From assembly GCA_015523565.1 (NCBI GenBank), contig WAKA01000029.1, forward strand, positions 1 to 35,178: a stretch of 35,178 nucleotides of DNA, in the 5' to 3' direction. This DNA comes from Candidatus Heimdallarchaeota archaeon (lineage in GTDB: Archaea > Asgardarchaeota > Heimdallarchaeia > Heimdallarchaeales > Kariarchaeaceae). Position numbers and translations under genes: made by a program. The first letter of the stretch is position 1. Every line of letters begins with the position of its first letter. Shown piece after piece: positions 18,319 to 26,643 of this stretch. Below the pieces are notes generated by a model. The model was not told where the DNA came from. It did no database searches and saw only the letters and a program-made list of their open reading frames with translations.

Positions 18319-18930
18319 CTAAGAAGTTGTTTCCATTCCTTGCAATTTGAGAAGAGAATAAACCTTGACAAACCTGTGAAGGGCGGTTATTGCAGTAAGG
18401 GCCATTAAGACTTCCATAATAACAACTACAGCAATTTCACCCATAAAGTATCCAAAAAATCCAGCCATAAAGAGAAATGTCATGCGTTCTGCACGTTCCA
18501 TAATTCCAATACCAGCAAGGGAAACACCAAGACCTTCACCTCTTGCACGGAGATAAGATACAGAAAAGGCGGCGGCCAAAAGGGTAATTGCCATCAATTG
18601 AGTACCAGAATTTGAAAAGCTTAGAATAAGACCAGTATAGATGGCAGCTTCACCAATCCGATCTGCCACAGAGTCAAGGAAAGCGCCATGGTCTGAAGCC
18701 ATTCCCCTAATTCTTGCAACACCACCATCAAGGGTGTCCATAATTCCACCTATTAAGATTGCGGCGGCGGCAACACCATAGTCGTGGGTATAAAATGCCC
18801 AACCTCCAATAATTGAAAAGGCAAGACCAATCATTGTCAAGAAATTGGGGGTGACGCCTATTTTTGCTAAAAATGCATACACAGGCTTCATCATCTTTGT
18901 TATTGGAGCTCTAAACTGATTTAAGACCAT
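18319..18930 (-). CDS. CDP-alcohol phosphatidyltransferase (archaetidylinositol-phosphate synthase/PgsA-like)
   Basis: TPNFLT, DTLDGGVAR...S..GAFLDSVADR, SYLRARGE, GIMERAER. Confidence 0.9.
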   Translation of the reverse strand: MVLNQFRAPITKMMKPVYAFLAKIGVTPNFLTMIGLAFSIIGGWAFYTHDYGVAAAAILIGGIMDTLDGGVARIRGMASDHGAFLDSVADRIGEAAIYTGLILSFSNSGTQLMAITLLAAAFSVSYLRARGEGLGVSLAGIGIMERAERMTFLFMAGFFGYFMGEIAVVVIMEVLMALTAITALHRFVKVYSLLKLQGMETTS

Positions 18931-19055
18931 GGATAATCTATATCCATATAATACTTTATGCTATTTAATTGTTTTGAAAATTTTTGGGAATGGTCTTCTG
19001 AAATCTAAAAATTTGAAAAAACGTTCAACAATTTCAGGGATTTTTTTACGATATT

Positions 19056-22000
19056 CTACCAACGTGGCATTGCTCTGTATGAACTGATAAGTGTACCCAA
19101 TTCATCAACGAAAATCGGATCTTGGGTAACAATGCCATATGCATTCTTATTTTTGAGAGGAGTTGCAAAGAGGAATTCTTCTCCGTCTCTGCTGGCAATA
19201 ATCATATTCAAGGAAGATGCACCGAATCCTTTTGCCTGGAATTTTCGGAATTGAATATTATTGTCAGATGCCTTCATCTTCTCTATTACTTGAGTATCTC
19301 CTGCGGTGTGGGCAGTAGGATCTGTGACTATGGTGACAGAGGTTCTACGATATTCTTCCCAAAGTTTTGGATCTATCCAATCAACAGTTGGAGTGACAAT
19401 TGTCAAATTGCTTCTTGTTCTTGATATCAAAGCATTAAGATCGGCAATCAGTGCCTCTCTTGTTGCGTCTACATAAGTAGCCTCTACAGTTTTTGGCTCA
19501 AATGCTTGGGCACCTTCTGAAATTTGTCTTAATAGATTCATTGCCTTGCCTGCGGCATCCAATGTTTCAGAAATAACTGAAGGGATTTTTCCAATTGTAT
19601 CTGAAATTTCTTTTCTTCCTGCATTCACAGATTGTTCAAGTTCATTTGTCAAGGTTTGTCCAAACTTTGAAACTTGACCTTTGAGAGTTGTCATAGTTTG
19701 TTCTATTTGGTTATTGACTTCATCAACATGGGATTTGAATCTGTCATTCATGGATCCAAGATCCTTACTTAAACCATCATCAACAATTTTTTCATAGTTT
19801 GCGACGGATTGTCTCAATTGTTGTTCATAAGCAAGAAGATCCTGTGTATTTTTATCAATCAATTGTACTATTTGATCAGACACATCCTTTGATGCCTTTG
19901 AGATGTCATTTTTTGCTTGTGAAACTGCATTGAGGATCAGGTTCTCAACCGTTGCCTGCATATTTGATACGGCACCATTGATTTCCGTTTGAAGGTCATT
20001 TGTTTGCCCTAAAACGAATTGGGATACAGAATCAACGAAACCTACCAATTCATCGATTTGGGCATTGAGTGTGGAAATGAGATTGTCATAATAGGTTCCA
20101 TTGAAATTGGCAATTGAATTTTTGTATTCTTGAAGCCTATTTGCCATTGATTCATTCAATTGTGATTTCAGTGCTTCAATACTGTCCATGAATGACTTGA
20201 AATCATTCACCAATGCATTAGTGACCTCAATAATCTCTTTTGAGGTGGAAACAGCATCCTTGAAGATGCCTCCAACCTTCTTGGATTCAGCATCTGCAAT
20301 TTTCTTGGTATCCTTTTCAAAATTCTTGTCAAGCTTTTCTGCTTGTTTCTTAATATCAATTAATGGCTTTCCTACATCATTGTTCATTGATTTGGCAGAT
20401 GCGTCAATTGCTTTTTCCGCTTTGTCAAATGATTGGGAAAGGTTTGCCAAGGTCTTTTTCAGGTTTTCCTCTTGTGCACTTTTTGCTTGCTCTAAAGTAG
20501 AGGAAAGTGAAGTATTAGTCTCCTCCCTGATTTTTTCCAGTCCCTGATTGAATTCCTCAAATTTGTCTGCAATTTCCTTAAGCCGCGTGTCCGTATCTTG
20601 TTTGAGATTGGTTGTCTCAGTTTGAACACCTTCCTCAATTTCGCGGATTCGTTCGGAGATAATTTTTTCAAGATTTTCAGAGGTTGAATCAGAATGTTTT
20701 TTCAACTGTTCCTTGGTATTTGAGACAACATCAGCAAGGGCAGACCCCATAGTTTCAGAAAATTCATTCATGACAGAAAGTTGCTTTTCCAAGGTTTCCT
20801 TATAGTCTGAAAGGAATTGAGTCTTAATGTTGTTTGTATCTTCCAATGCGGTTGCAACGCTTGAATCCACTTGGGAGTGGGCATTAGTGAAATGAGTGTC
20901 CGCTGTTTCAACAAATTTGTGGAAGGCTTTATCCAATAGGGAAATCAAATTCTCCTGCGCTGCAAGGACGATGTTTTCTTGGGTGTTTGCATCTATACCT
21001 TTTGCAAGGAATTCAGCCTTCCCTATCAAAGACAAGAGAGGTTCACTGAATGTGTTGGCCAGCTCATTTTTCACTTTGTCTTCCATTTCATTTAAAAGTT
21101 CATTGCTTGAACTTGTTATTGAATTTAGAAATGTGGTATGGGATTTATGAACTTCTTGACCCAATTCATTCAATATTGAGCTTAACCTTTCGGTATGGTC
21201 GTTTACGAGCCCTTCTACTTTTTCGACTTCATCTTGAACAGTTTTGCTCAAGGAAGACAAGACTTCCTCTTGGGTGGTTTCTGTATCTTCAGTTGCATTG
21301 CGAAGCATTGTTGCCAGATTTTGGGATAGTTTTTCATAATCTGACATTAACTTCTTATGTTCTTCCAGCTTTTGAATCACAAAATCTTTCTTACCAAACA
21401 TACCCTTGGTATTTTGTTCCAATGCACTCTTCAAATCCAAGAGCATTTTCTGGGATTTAGCTTGATATACTTCGAATTCTCTTTTGAGATTTGATAGTTG
21501 GTCGTGATGGTCATTGAATATTCTTTCAATCTCTTGAGGGAGTTCTTCTCTAATAGTGACAATGTTCAGTTCAAAGTCAGACTTGAACTTATTCAATTCA
21601 TCCTTATTTTTTGAGGAGATTGAGTTCAGGTCATTGTCAAAGGTTTTTAGTCCTGTTTCAGTTTCTTCCTTGAATTTTTTCAAGCTTTCATTTTTTACAT
21701 TCCCTATTGTGGAACTGAAGCTGGAGATAAGTTTTTCACGTGATGCGTTTGCATCAATTTGAAGCTTTTCAGCTTCAGATTTGAAAAGATCCATCTGAGC
21801 TTTTTGTCGGGAAATAACATCTTCCCTTGCAGACTTCATTTCTTGAAAACCAGAATTGATTGCTGTTTCAAATGTATTCTTGGAATTAGAAAGGTCATTG
21901 GAAAGCCTATCCTTCATTTGATTGAGATACTGGGTAATTTTTGTGTGAAATTCGTTTAATTTGTTTTCTGCAACTGTTGCCGCATTTTCAGCTTTTTCTT

Positions 22001-23489
22001 TTGCATCATTGACAAATTCTTCTCTGTCTTGGGTTGCTTTGTCCTCAATTTCGTTCAAGGAATCTGTTACACCAGAATTTAAGGTGTTCATCGCCTCATT
22101 GATTTCACTTTTTGTTTCGTTCAGGAAATTTGTTATGAAATTTTGCAAGGAAGTTAATTCCTTAGTAATGTGTTCAACAGAATTGTTTGAGGCTTCTGTC
22201 AATTGATCTCTGAAGTTGTTGTTATTGGTTTGTACCTCATTGAATTTTTCTTTCAATGTGTCTTGTAATTGGGTATTGAGCTTTTCCAAATCCTTGTCAA
22301 GCTCATTCTTGTTTCCACGGAGGGATTTTTCGATATTTGAATTTGCAGACTTCAGTTCTGACTTTGTCTGGTTCAATATTTTTGACAGCCCTTCCACAGA
22401 TGTTTTTTGGGTTTCATCAATAGCCTTAACCAGTTCTGATTTTATGTTTTGAACATTTTTTGCCAATGATGAATGCAAGTTTGCAATGGCTGATTTTGTG
22501 ATTTCAACAGCTTGTTTTTCTGCATTCTTTGCCTTGTTGTCAATTTCCTTGGTTCCTTCGTTTAAGGATTTCACAGTATTTGAATGGCTTTCCTTGAGGG
22601 ATTCGTGAAATGAGTCAAAGTCTGTTTGTGTTTTTGTGACATAATCTGATGAAAATGTTTCAATTTCATTTGTTAACTGGTCTGATAATGTTTTTGAGTT
22701 ATTATGCAATGTTTGCCTCATTGTTTCCAAATTGGATTTGTTAGGTTCAGCCATACCCTCAATTGCTTGATCAACAACAGTGACCCTCGCATTGACAGTC
22801 ATTCCCAATTCAGTTGCATAATCGATAATTTCTGTTTTCATTTCGTCATTTGTCGTATCAAGCTTGGTTCTATGCGTTTCAATTAGTGTATCTATAGAAG
22901 TGACAGTATTGTTTTTAGTTTCTTGCAGTAACGAGCTTTCTTTGTTCAGATCGTCGGCAATATTTTGAATTGGAGGGATAACTGCCTGCTTTATGTTGCT
23001 AGCAAGATTTTCAGACAGTTTATTGATTGATTCACGTTCCTGATGTGCAAGCTTCAGGAATTTATCTTTTTCCTCTTGATTGATTTGGTCAAGAGACTGA
23101 TTGAAACTAGAAATGGAATTGTCCTTTTCATCTATAAATTTGGTCTTGAATTGGAGTATTTGCTTTTCGGAATCTGACCATATCTGATTTACCTTTTCTC
23201 CAATTTCTCCAAGCTTATTTGACAACCTAGAACTGACGTCCGCCCCCAAAGCAATTTTTGGTGCTTCAGGGATGTATATTTTTGCATTTTCTCCTTTGAC
23301 TGCCAATGACTTTACATATCCTTTGCTTTCCAAGTTGTTCAGGGAATTTTTTACATCCTCAATGGAAACGTCATCCAAGTATGCCGCGACTTGTCCTGCT
23401 GTTCTGAAACCAAATGCAACAAGAACCTCATAGGCTTTTGCATCCAGTTCAGAAAATCCAAGAGTAATTAGATCATCAGAAAGAGCCAT
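19056..23489 (-). CDS. Giant 1477-aa protein: TrmB-like wHTH, ~1250-aa hendecad helical rod, TrmB/PLD-like C-terminal domain
   Basis: N-term LGFSELDAKAYEVL..G..TAGQVA......V..SL..LESKGYV...YIPEAP; C-term LNALISRTRSNLTIVTP...VTIVTD...IIASRDGEEFLFA...GIVTQDPIFVDEL; middle is amphipathic helix with 3-4-4 hydrophobic spacing. Confidence 0.75.
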   Translation of the reverse strand: MALSDDLITLGFSELDAKAYEVLVAFGFRTAGQVAAYLDDVSIEDVKNSLNNLESKGYVKSLAVKGENAKIYIPEAPKIALGADVSSRLSNKLGEIGEKVNQIWSDSEKQILQFKTKFIDEKDNSISSFNQSLDQINQEEKDKFLKLAHQERESINKLSENLASNIKQAVIPPIQNIADDLNKESSLLQETKNNTVTSIDTLIETHRTKLDTTNDEMKTEIIDYATELGMTVNARVTVVDQAIEGMAEPNKSNLETMRQTLHNNSKTLSDQLTNEIETFSSDYVTKTQTDFDSFHESLKESHSNTVKSLNEGTKEIDNKAKNAEKQAVEITKSAIANLHSSLAKNVQNIKSELVKAIDETQKTSVEGLSKILNQTKSELKSANSNIEKSLRGNKNELDKDLEKLNTQLQDTLKEKFNEVQTNNNNFRDQLTEASNNSVEHITKELTSLQNFITNFLNETKSEINEAMNTLNSGVTDSLNEIEDKATQDREEFVNDAKEKAENAATVAENKLNEFHTKITQYLNQMKDRLSNDLSNSKNTFETAINSGFQEMKSAREDVISRQKAQMDLFKSEAEKLQIDANASREKLISSFSSTIGNVKNESLKKFKEETETGLKTFDNDLNSISSKNKDELNKFKSDFELNIVTIREELPQEIERIFNDHHDQLSNLKREFEVYQAKSQKMLLDLKSALEQNTKGMFGKKDFVIQKLEEHKKLMSDYEKLSQNLATMLRNATEDTETTQEEVLSSLSKTVQDEVEKVEGLVNDHTERLSSILNELGQEVHKSHTTFLNSITSSSNELLNEMEDKVKNELANTFSEPLLSLIGKAEFLAKGIDANTQENIVLAAQENLISLLDKAFHKFVETADTHFTNAHSQVDSSVATALEDTNNIKTQFLSDYKETLEKQLSVMNEFSETMGSALADVVSNTKEQLKKHSDSTSENLEKIISERIREIEEGVQTETTNLKQDTDTRLKEIADKFEEFNQGLEKIREETNTSLSSTLEQAKSAQEENLKKTLANLSQSFDKAEKAIDASAKSMNNDVGKPLIDIKKQAEKLDKNFEKDTKKIADAESKKVGGIFKDAVSTSKEIIEVTNALVNDFKSFMDSIEALKSQLNESMANRLQEYKNSIANFNGTYYDNLISTLNAQIDELVGFVDSVSQFVLGQTNDLQTEINGAVSNMQATVENLILNAVSQAKNDISKASKDVSDQIVQLIDKNTQDLLAYEQQLRQSVANYEKIVDDGLSKDLGSMNDRFKSHVDEVNNQIEQTMTTLKGQVSKFGQTLTNELEQSVNAGRKEISDTIGKIPSVISETLDAAGKAMNLLRQISEGAQAFEPKTVEATYVDATREALIADLNALISRTRSNLTIVTPTVDWIDPKLWEEYRRTSVTIVTDPTAHTAGDTQVIEKMKASDNNIQFRKFQAKGFGASSLNMIIASRDGEEFLFATPLKNKNAYGIVTQDPIFVDELGTLISSYRAMPRW

Positions 23490-23491
23490 TT

Positions 23492-24805
23492 TTATACCTC
23501 CTTTGTTTCTTTGATGATTTCAGTGACCATATTGTTCACTGATTTTTCGACTTCCTTGAAGTCGCCGTCCACTTCCTTCTTAGTCGATTCAACAGTGCCC
23601 TTCACTACTTCCTTGCTTTCTTCCATCATTTTTTTGATGTCATTGGTTCCTGCATTTAAAATGGCATTGTTGGCATCCAATGTTTCCTTGGAAAGAGCCA
23701 ACGTCATTTCATTGAATTTGTTTAATTCTTGCATTACCAATGTTCTATTTTCTTTTCCAAGTTTTTCAAGTTCCTGTCTCAATGTTGCGAAAGAATCAAT
23801 GATTTCCTTTCTTGCTTCCGAGATTTGTCCATCCATGAATTCAATTGATCCTTGAACCCTTTTTCGCTGTTCCTCATTCAAGCCAGCCAATTCATTCATA
23901 ATGCTTTCCTTTATTTTGTTCATTTCGCCCCTTATTTCTCCGATGGCATTTTGCGTTTTTTCTTTGTGTTTTTCAAGGAGAACAGTCATTTGCTTATTAT
24001 ATGCGTCCACAATTTCTGAAACAGTTTTTTCCATTTGTTCTTCAAATGCAAGAATGGTGTTTTGCAATTCTCCGACTTCTTGGGTAAAGTGTGCATCAAT
24101 TTCATTATGAAGTCGGTGGAGATTGGACTTTAGGTGGCTTAGGGTATCTGTTATTATACTATCCAAGACTTCCTTTGTTTGAACCACACCTTTGTAAACG
24201 TCCTCAACTTTTGTTCCAATTTGGTTTTGAAAATCATTTTTCAGGGATTCAAGAGATTCATTCAATGTTTCCCCATTAATTTCAAGAATTTGCTTAAGTT
24301 CCGTATTGACAGTGGCATCTCGTTCGGCAACAAGGTCAACAGTTTTATTGATGGTTTCTGTTCCAAGTTCATTGATTCTTTGATCATAGTTTCCAACATA
24401 TTCCAAATGGGAATTGACACTGTCCTTGATATTTGAGAGGCTAGTGTCAAGTTGTAAGGCAATTTTTTGCTCGGCATCATCCAATGTTTGTTTTCCATAT
24501 TCTTCCATGTTGGAGATATTCGAGCTCATATCCTCATTCAGACCAGTAGTGGTGTTCTGCAATTCATTTGTGAAGGTTTCCATGCTTTCAGAGACTTTCT
24601 TTGATGTCTCCTCCTTCAATTGGTTCACTCTTTTAGCAGCATTAGTTAGCTGATCATCAGTTTTTCTTTCGATATTTTCCAATGAATCAACGATTCTCTT
24701 TTTTGCAGTTCCTATTTTTGCGTGGACACTGTCCTTAGTTTTGGTAACTGTCGAATTAATAGACTTTAGTTTTTCAATGTATTTGGAATTACTGTCTTCG
24801 CTCAT
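23492..24805 (-). CDS. All-helical apolipoprotein-like (hendecad coiled-coil) protein
   Basis: 437 aa, E/K/T/N-rich, no Pro/Trp/Cys seen, 11-residue hydrophobic periodicity; SD-like GAGGGA at 24816-24811. Confidence 0.75.
   Translation of the reverse strand: MSEDSNSKYIEKLKSINSTVTKTKDSVHAKIGTAKKRIVDSLENIERKTDDQLTNAAKRVNQLKEETSKKVSESMETFTNELQNTTTGLNEDMSSNISNMEEYGKQTLDDAEQKIALQLDTSLSNIKDSVNSHLEYVGNYDQRINELGTETINKTVDLVAERDATVNTELKQILEINGETLNESLESLKNDFQNQIGTKVEDVYKGVVQTKEVLDSIITDTLSHLKSNLHRLHNEIDAHFTQEVGELQNTILAFEEQMEKTVSEIVDAYNKQMTVLLEKHKEKTQNAIGEIRGEMNKIKESIMNELAGLNEEQRKRVQGSIEFMDGQISEARKEIIDSFATLRQELEKLGKENRTLVMQELNKFNEMTLALSKETLDANNAILNAGTNDIKKMMEESKEVVKGTVESTKKEVDGDFKEVEKSVNNMVTEIIKETKEV
23496..23502 (-). 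promoter_or_regulatory. Shine-Dalgarno AGGAGGT for the 1477-aa gene
   Basis: Minus strand AGGAGGT-ATAAAA-ATG, inside the 3' end of the upstream gene (translational coupling). Confidence 0.75.
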
Positions 24806-24815
24806 TTGAATCCCT

Positions 24816-26492
24816 CTATGTAGCTATCTTCTTCTTGAAATACTTTTGATGCTGTGGATATTTAACAAAGGTGGTCACAGCCTGTTCTAATACTTCCTTA
24901 GCAGTATTTTTTTCACCAGCCTGCTGGAATGACTCATAGGCGCGGACAAACAATGATCGAACGGCATAATGAAAGATTTCCAAGTTGATATTTCCTATCT
25001 CTCTCCTGAATCTTCTGCCTGCTTCCCTATAGTTAGCTTTTGCTCTCCATTGGATATTGGCCTTTTCAAAATAGATTGCAGATTGTTCATAGGCCATAGC
25101 TGAAAAATACTCTAATTTTTCGATTGCAAATCCTTTTGCCAATCTTTCATATAAATCACCTAACCTTTCATAGTCCCCAGTCTTAAGCAAACCTTCAGAT
25201 GCGATGTCAAGAAGTTCCAATGTCAAATCCTTCAATCCATTGGTTAATGCAACTTCAGCGGTTTTAGCCAATTCTGTTGAGAGCCGGAAGATCAGTAAAG
25301 GGTCCTTTACTCTTTTGACATTCACCCTGATTATTTCCACGTCCTCCTTATGGGGCAGGAGACCAGATTGTGCGAGTCTTTCAATTCTATTGAGCAAGAG
25401 AAGAACTTCGGTTCTTGGATCAATTGGCAAGAAAATGGATGAGACCAATTCCCATATGGACCTAGTGATAAATGCGTAATAATTTCCACTCCTTGTCAAC
25501 ATAAAACCCTGTATCAGTTCATCCAAAGTTTCCTCATCATGGTTTTTCAGAATTTCATTTCTTTCGAAAAGATTTATGTCCCGTTTTGATAGATCCTCAA
25601 GGAGTGAAACTTCTTTTTCAGTCAATCCAAATGCTTTTGCGACTGTTTCCGCGTCTAGTTTGGTTTGATCCACACCTTGTGAAGCAAGAAACTGCCTTAA
25701 TGCAAGATCAAATGGCAACCTTGTTGAAGCACTTAGGACTTTTTCCCTTTCATTCTTAATTAATTTTCCCCGTCTTCGTATCATGAGGTCAGCGTCTTTG
25801 AAATCAAAGTTGGAAACCTCAAGATGCAAGACATTGGATGTCTCCTCCATTCGTTTAATGTCAAGATGTTGATTAACAGAATTGTGGGAAGAAGTAATAA
25901 AGACAATATTCATCATTCGTTTGTTTGTTTCCAGAAAAATATTTTTCAGGATTTCAAATACAGACAGAAAATTGTAATTCATAGCCCTGTCAAGATCGTC
26001 AACAAAAACACCGATGTATTTTCGATCATCCTTGAGCTTTGCATCAGCCCTGTCCAATCGATAGAAAAACGTTTTAAGAAATTCATTCAAGGTTACTGAA
26101 TCGATAGTTTCTGCACTTATTCGATCGAAAAGGGATTGGGGAACCTCCCCAATAGTCACCCCGCGTTTTCTTTCAATGAAGTTCCTCCATTCAGGCGAAA
26201 GATTATTGATTTGTTCTTTGATGTCATTAAAGAAGTTTGGCAGACCATCTTCTGAAATTGGCATCTCTATACTAAACGGAATTACTTCTTGTGATAAGGC
26301 AATATCCTTGAGCTTATTGAGTAATGATGTTTTTCCAGATCCAGCAACTCCAGAGATGTGTATCCATCTCATGATTTTTTGATCACTGACCAGTTCCTTA
26401 ATCCACTGGTAAAATGCATCAATCTGTTCAGATCTTCCAACAAAGTCTATTGGATTTACAGGGTTTATTATTTCTTCCAGAGAAGTCTCCAT
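24816..26492 (-). CDS. STAND/AAA_16-like P-loop ATPase with C-terminal TPR/SNAP-like repeats
   Basis: FVGRSEQI, Walker A GVAGSGKT, Walker B VFVDDLD, VFITSS sensor, degenerate GxP (STRLPF); C-term GDYERLGDLYERLA..AMAYEQSAIYF..ANYREAG. Confidence 0.8.
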   Translation of the reverse strand: METSLEEIINPVNPIDFVGRSEQIDAFYQWIKELVSDQKIMRWIHISGVAGSGKTSLLNKLKDIALSQEVIPFSIEMPISEDGLPNFFNDIKEQINNLSPEWRNFIERKRGVTIGEVPQSLFDRISAETIDSVTLNEFLKTFFYRLDRADAKLKDDRKYIGVFVDDLDRAMNYNFLSVFEILKNIFLETNKRMMNIVFITSSHNSVNQHLDIKRMEETSNVLHLEVSNFDFKDADLMIRRRGKLIKNEREKVLSASTRLPFDLALRQFLASQGVDQTKLDAETVAKAFGLTEKEVSLLEDLSKRDINLFERNEILKNHDEETLDELIQGFMLTRSGNYYAFITRSIWELVSSIFLPIDPRTEVLLLLNRIERLAQSGLLPHKEDVEIIRVNVKRVKDPLLIFRLSTELAKTAEVALTNGLKDLTLELLDIASEGLLKTGDYERLGDLYERLAKGFAIEKLEYFSAMAYEQSAIYFEKANIQWRAKANYREAGRRFRREIGNINLEIFHYAVRSLFVRAYESFQQAGEKNTAKEVLEQAVTTFVKYPQHQKYFKKKIAT

Positions 26493-26643
26493 AGTATGAT
26501 CTACCTGTCCTTGAATGGTTTCGGTACAACTTATTTTTCACATTCTCCTTTAAATTCTTAATTGTTGGAATTTGCTCTTTTGGATGAATGGACGAACAAA
26601 CAGAATACAAAGTCAATAAAACGTAAAACATTTTTGATGTTTT

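Noticed and set aside
19003-19020. 17/18-nt match ATCTAAAAATTTGAAAAA with 35123-35140
   Set aside because: Low-complexity A/T sequence; more simply explained as U-rich terminator-like tracts on the minus strand or chance than as a repeat element
19056-23489. SMC/Rad50, chemoreceptor or phage tape-measure identity for the 1477-aa protein
   Set aside because: No Walker A/B, signature motif, hinge or CxxC hook; no MCP hairpin consensus; no phage genes nearby
19122-24653. Many antisense ORFs (60-136 aa) over the two helical genes
   Set aside because: Ser/Phe/Leu-rich shadows of E/K-rich coding strands; no motifs or independent start signals
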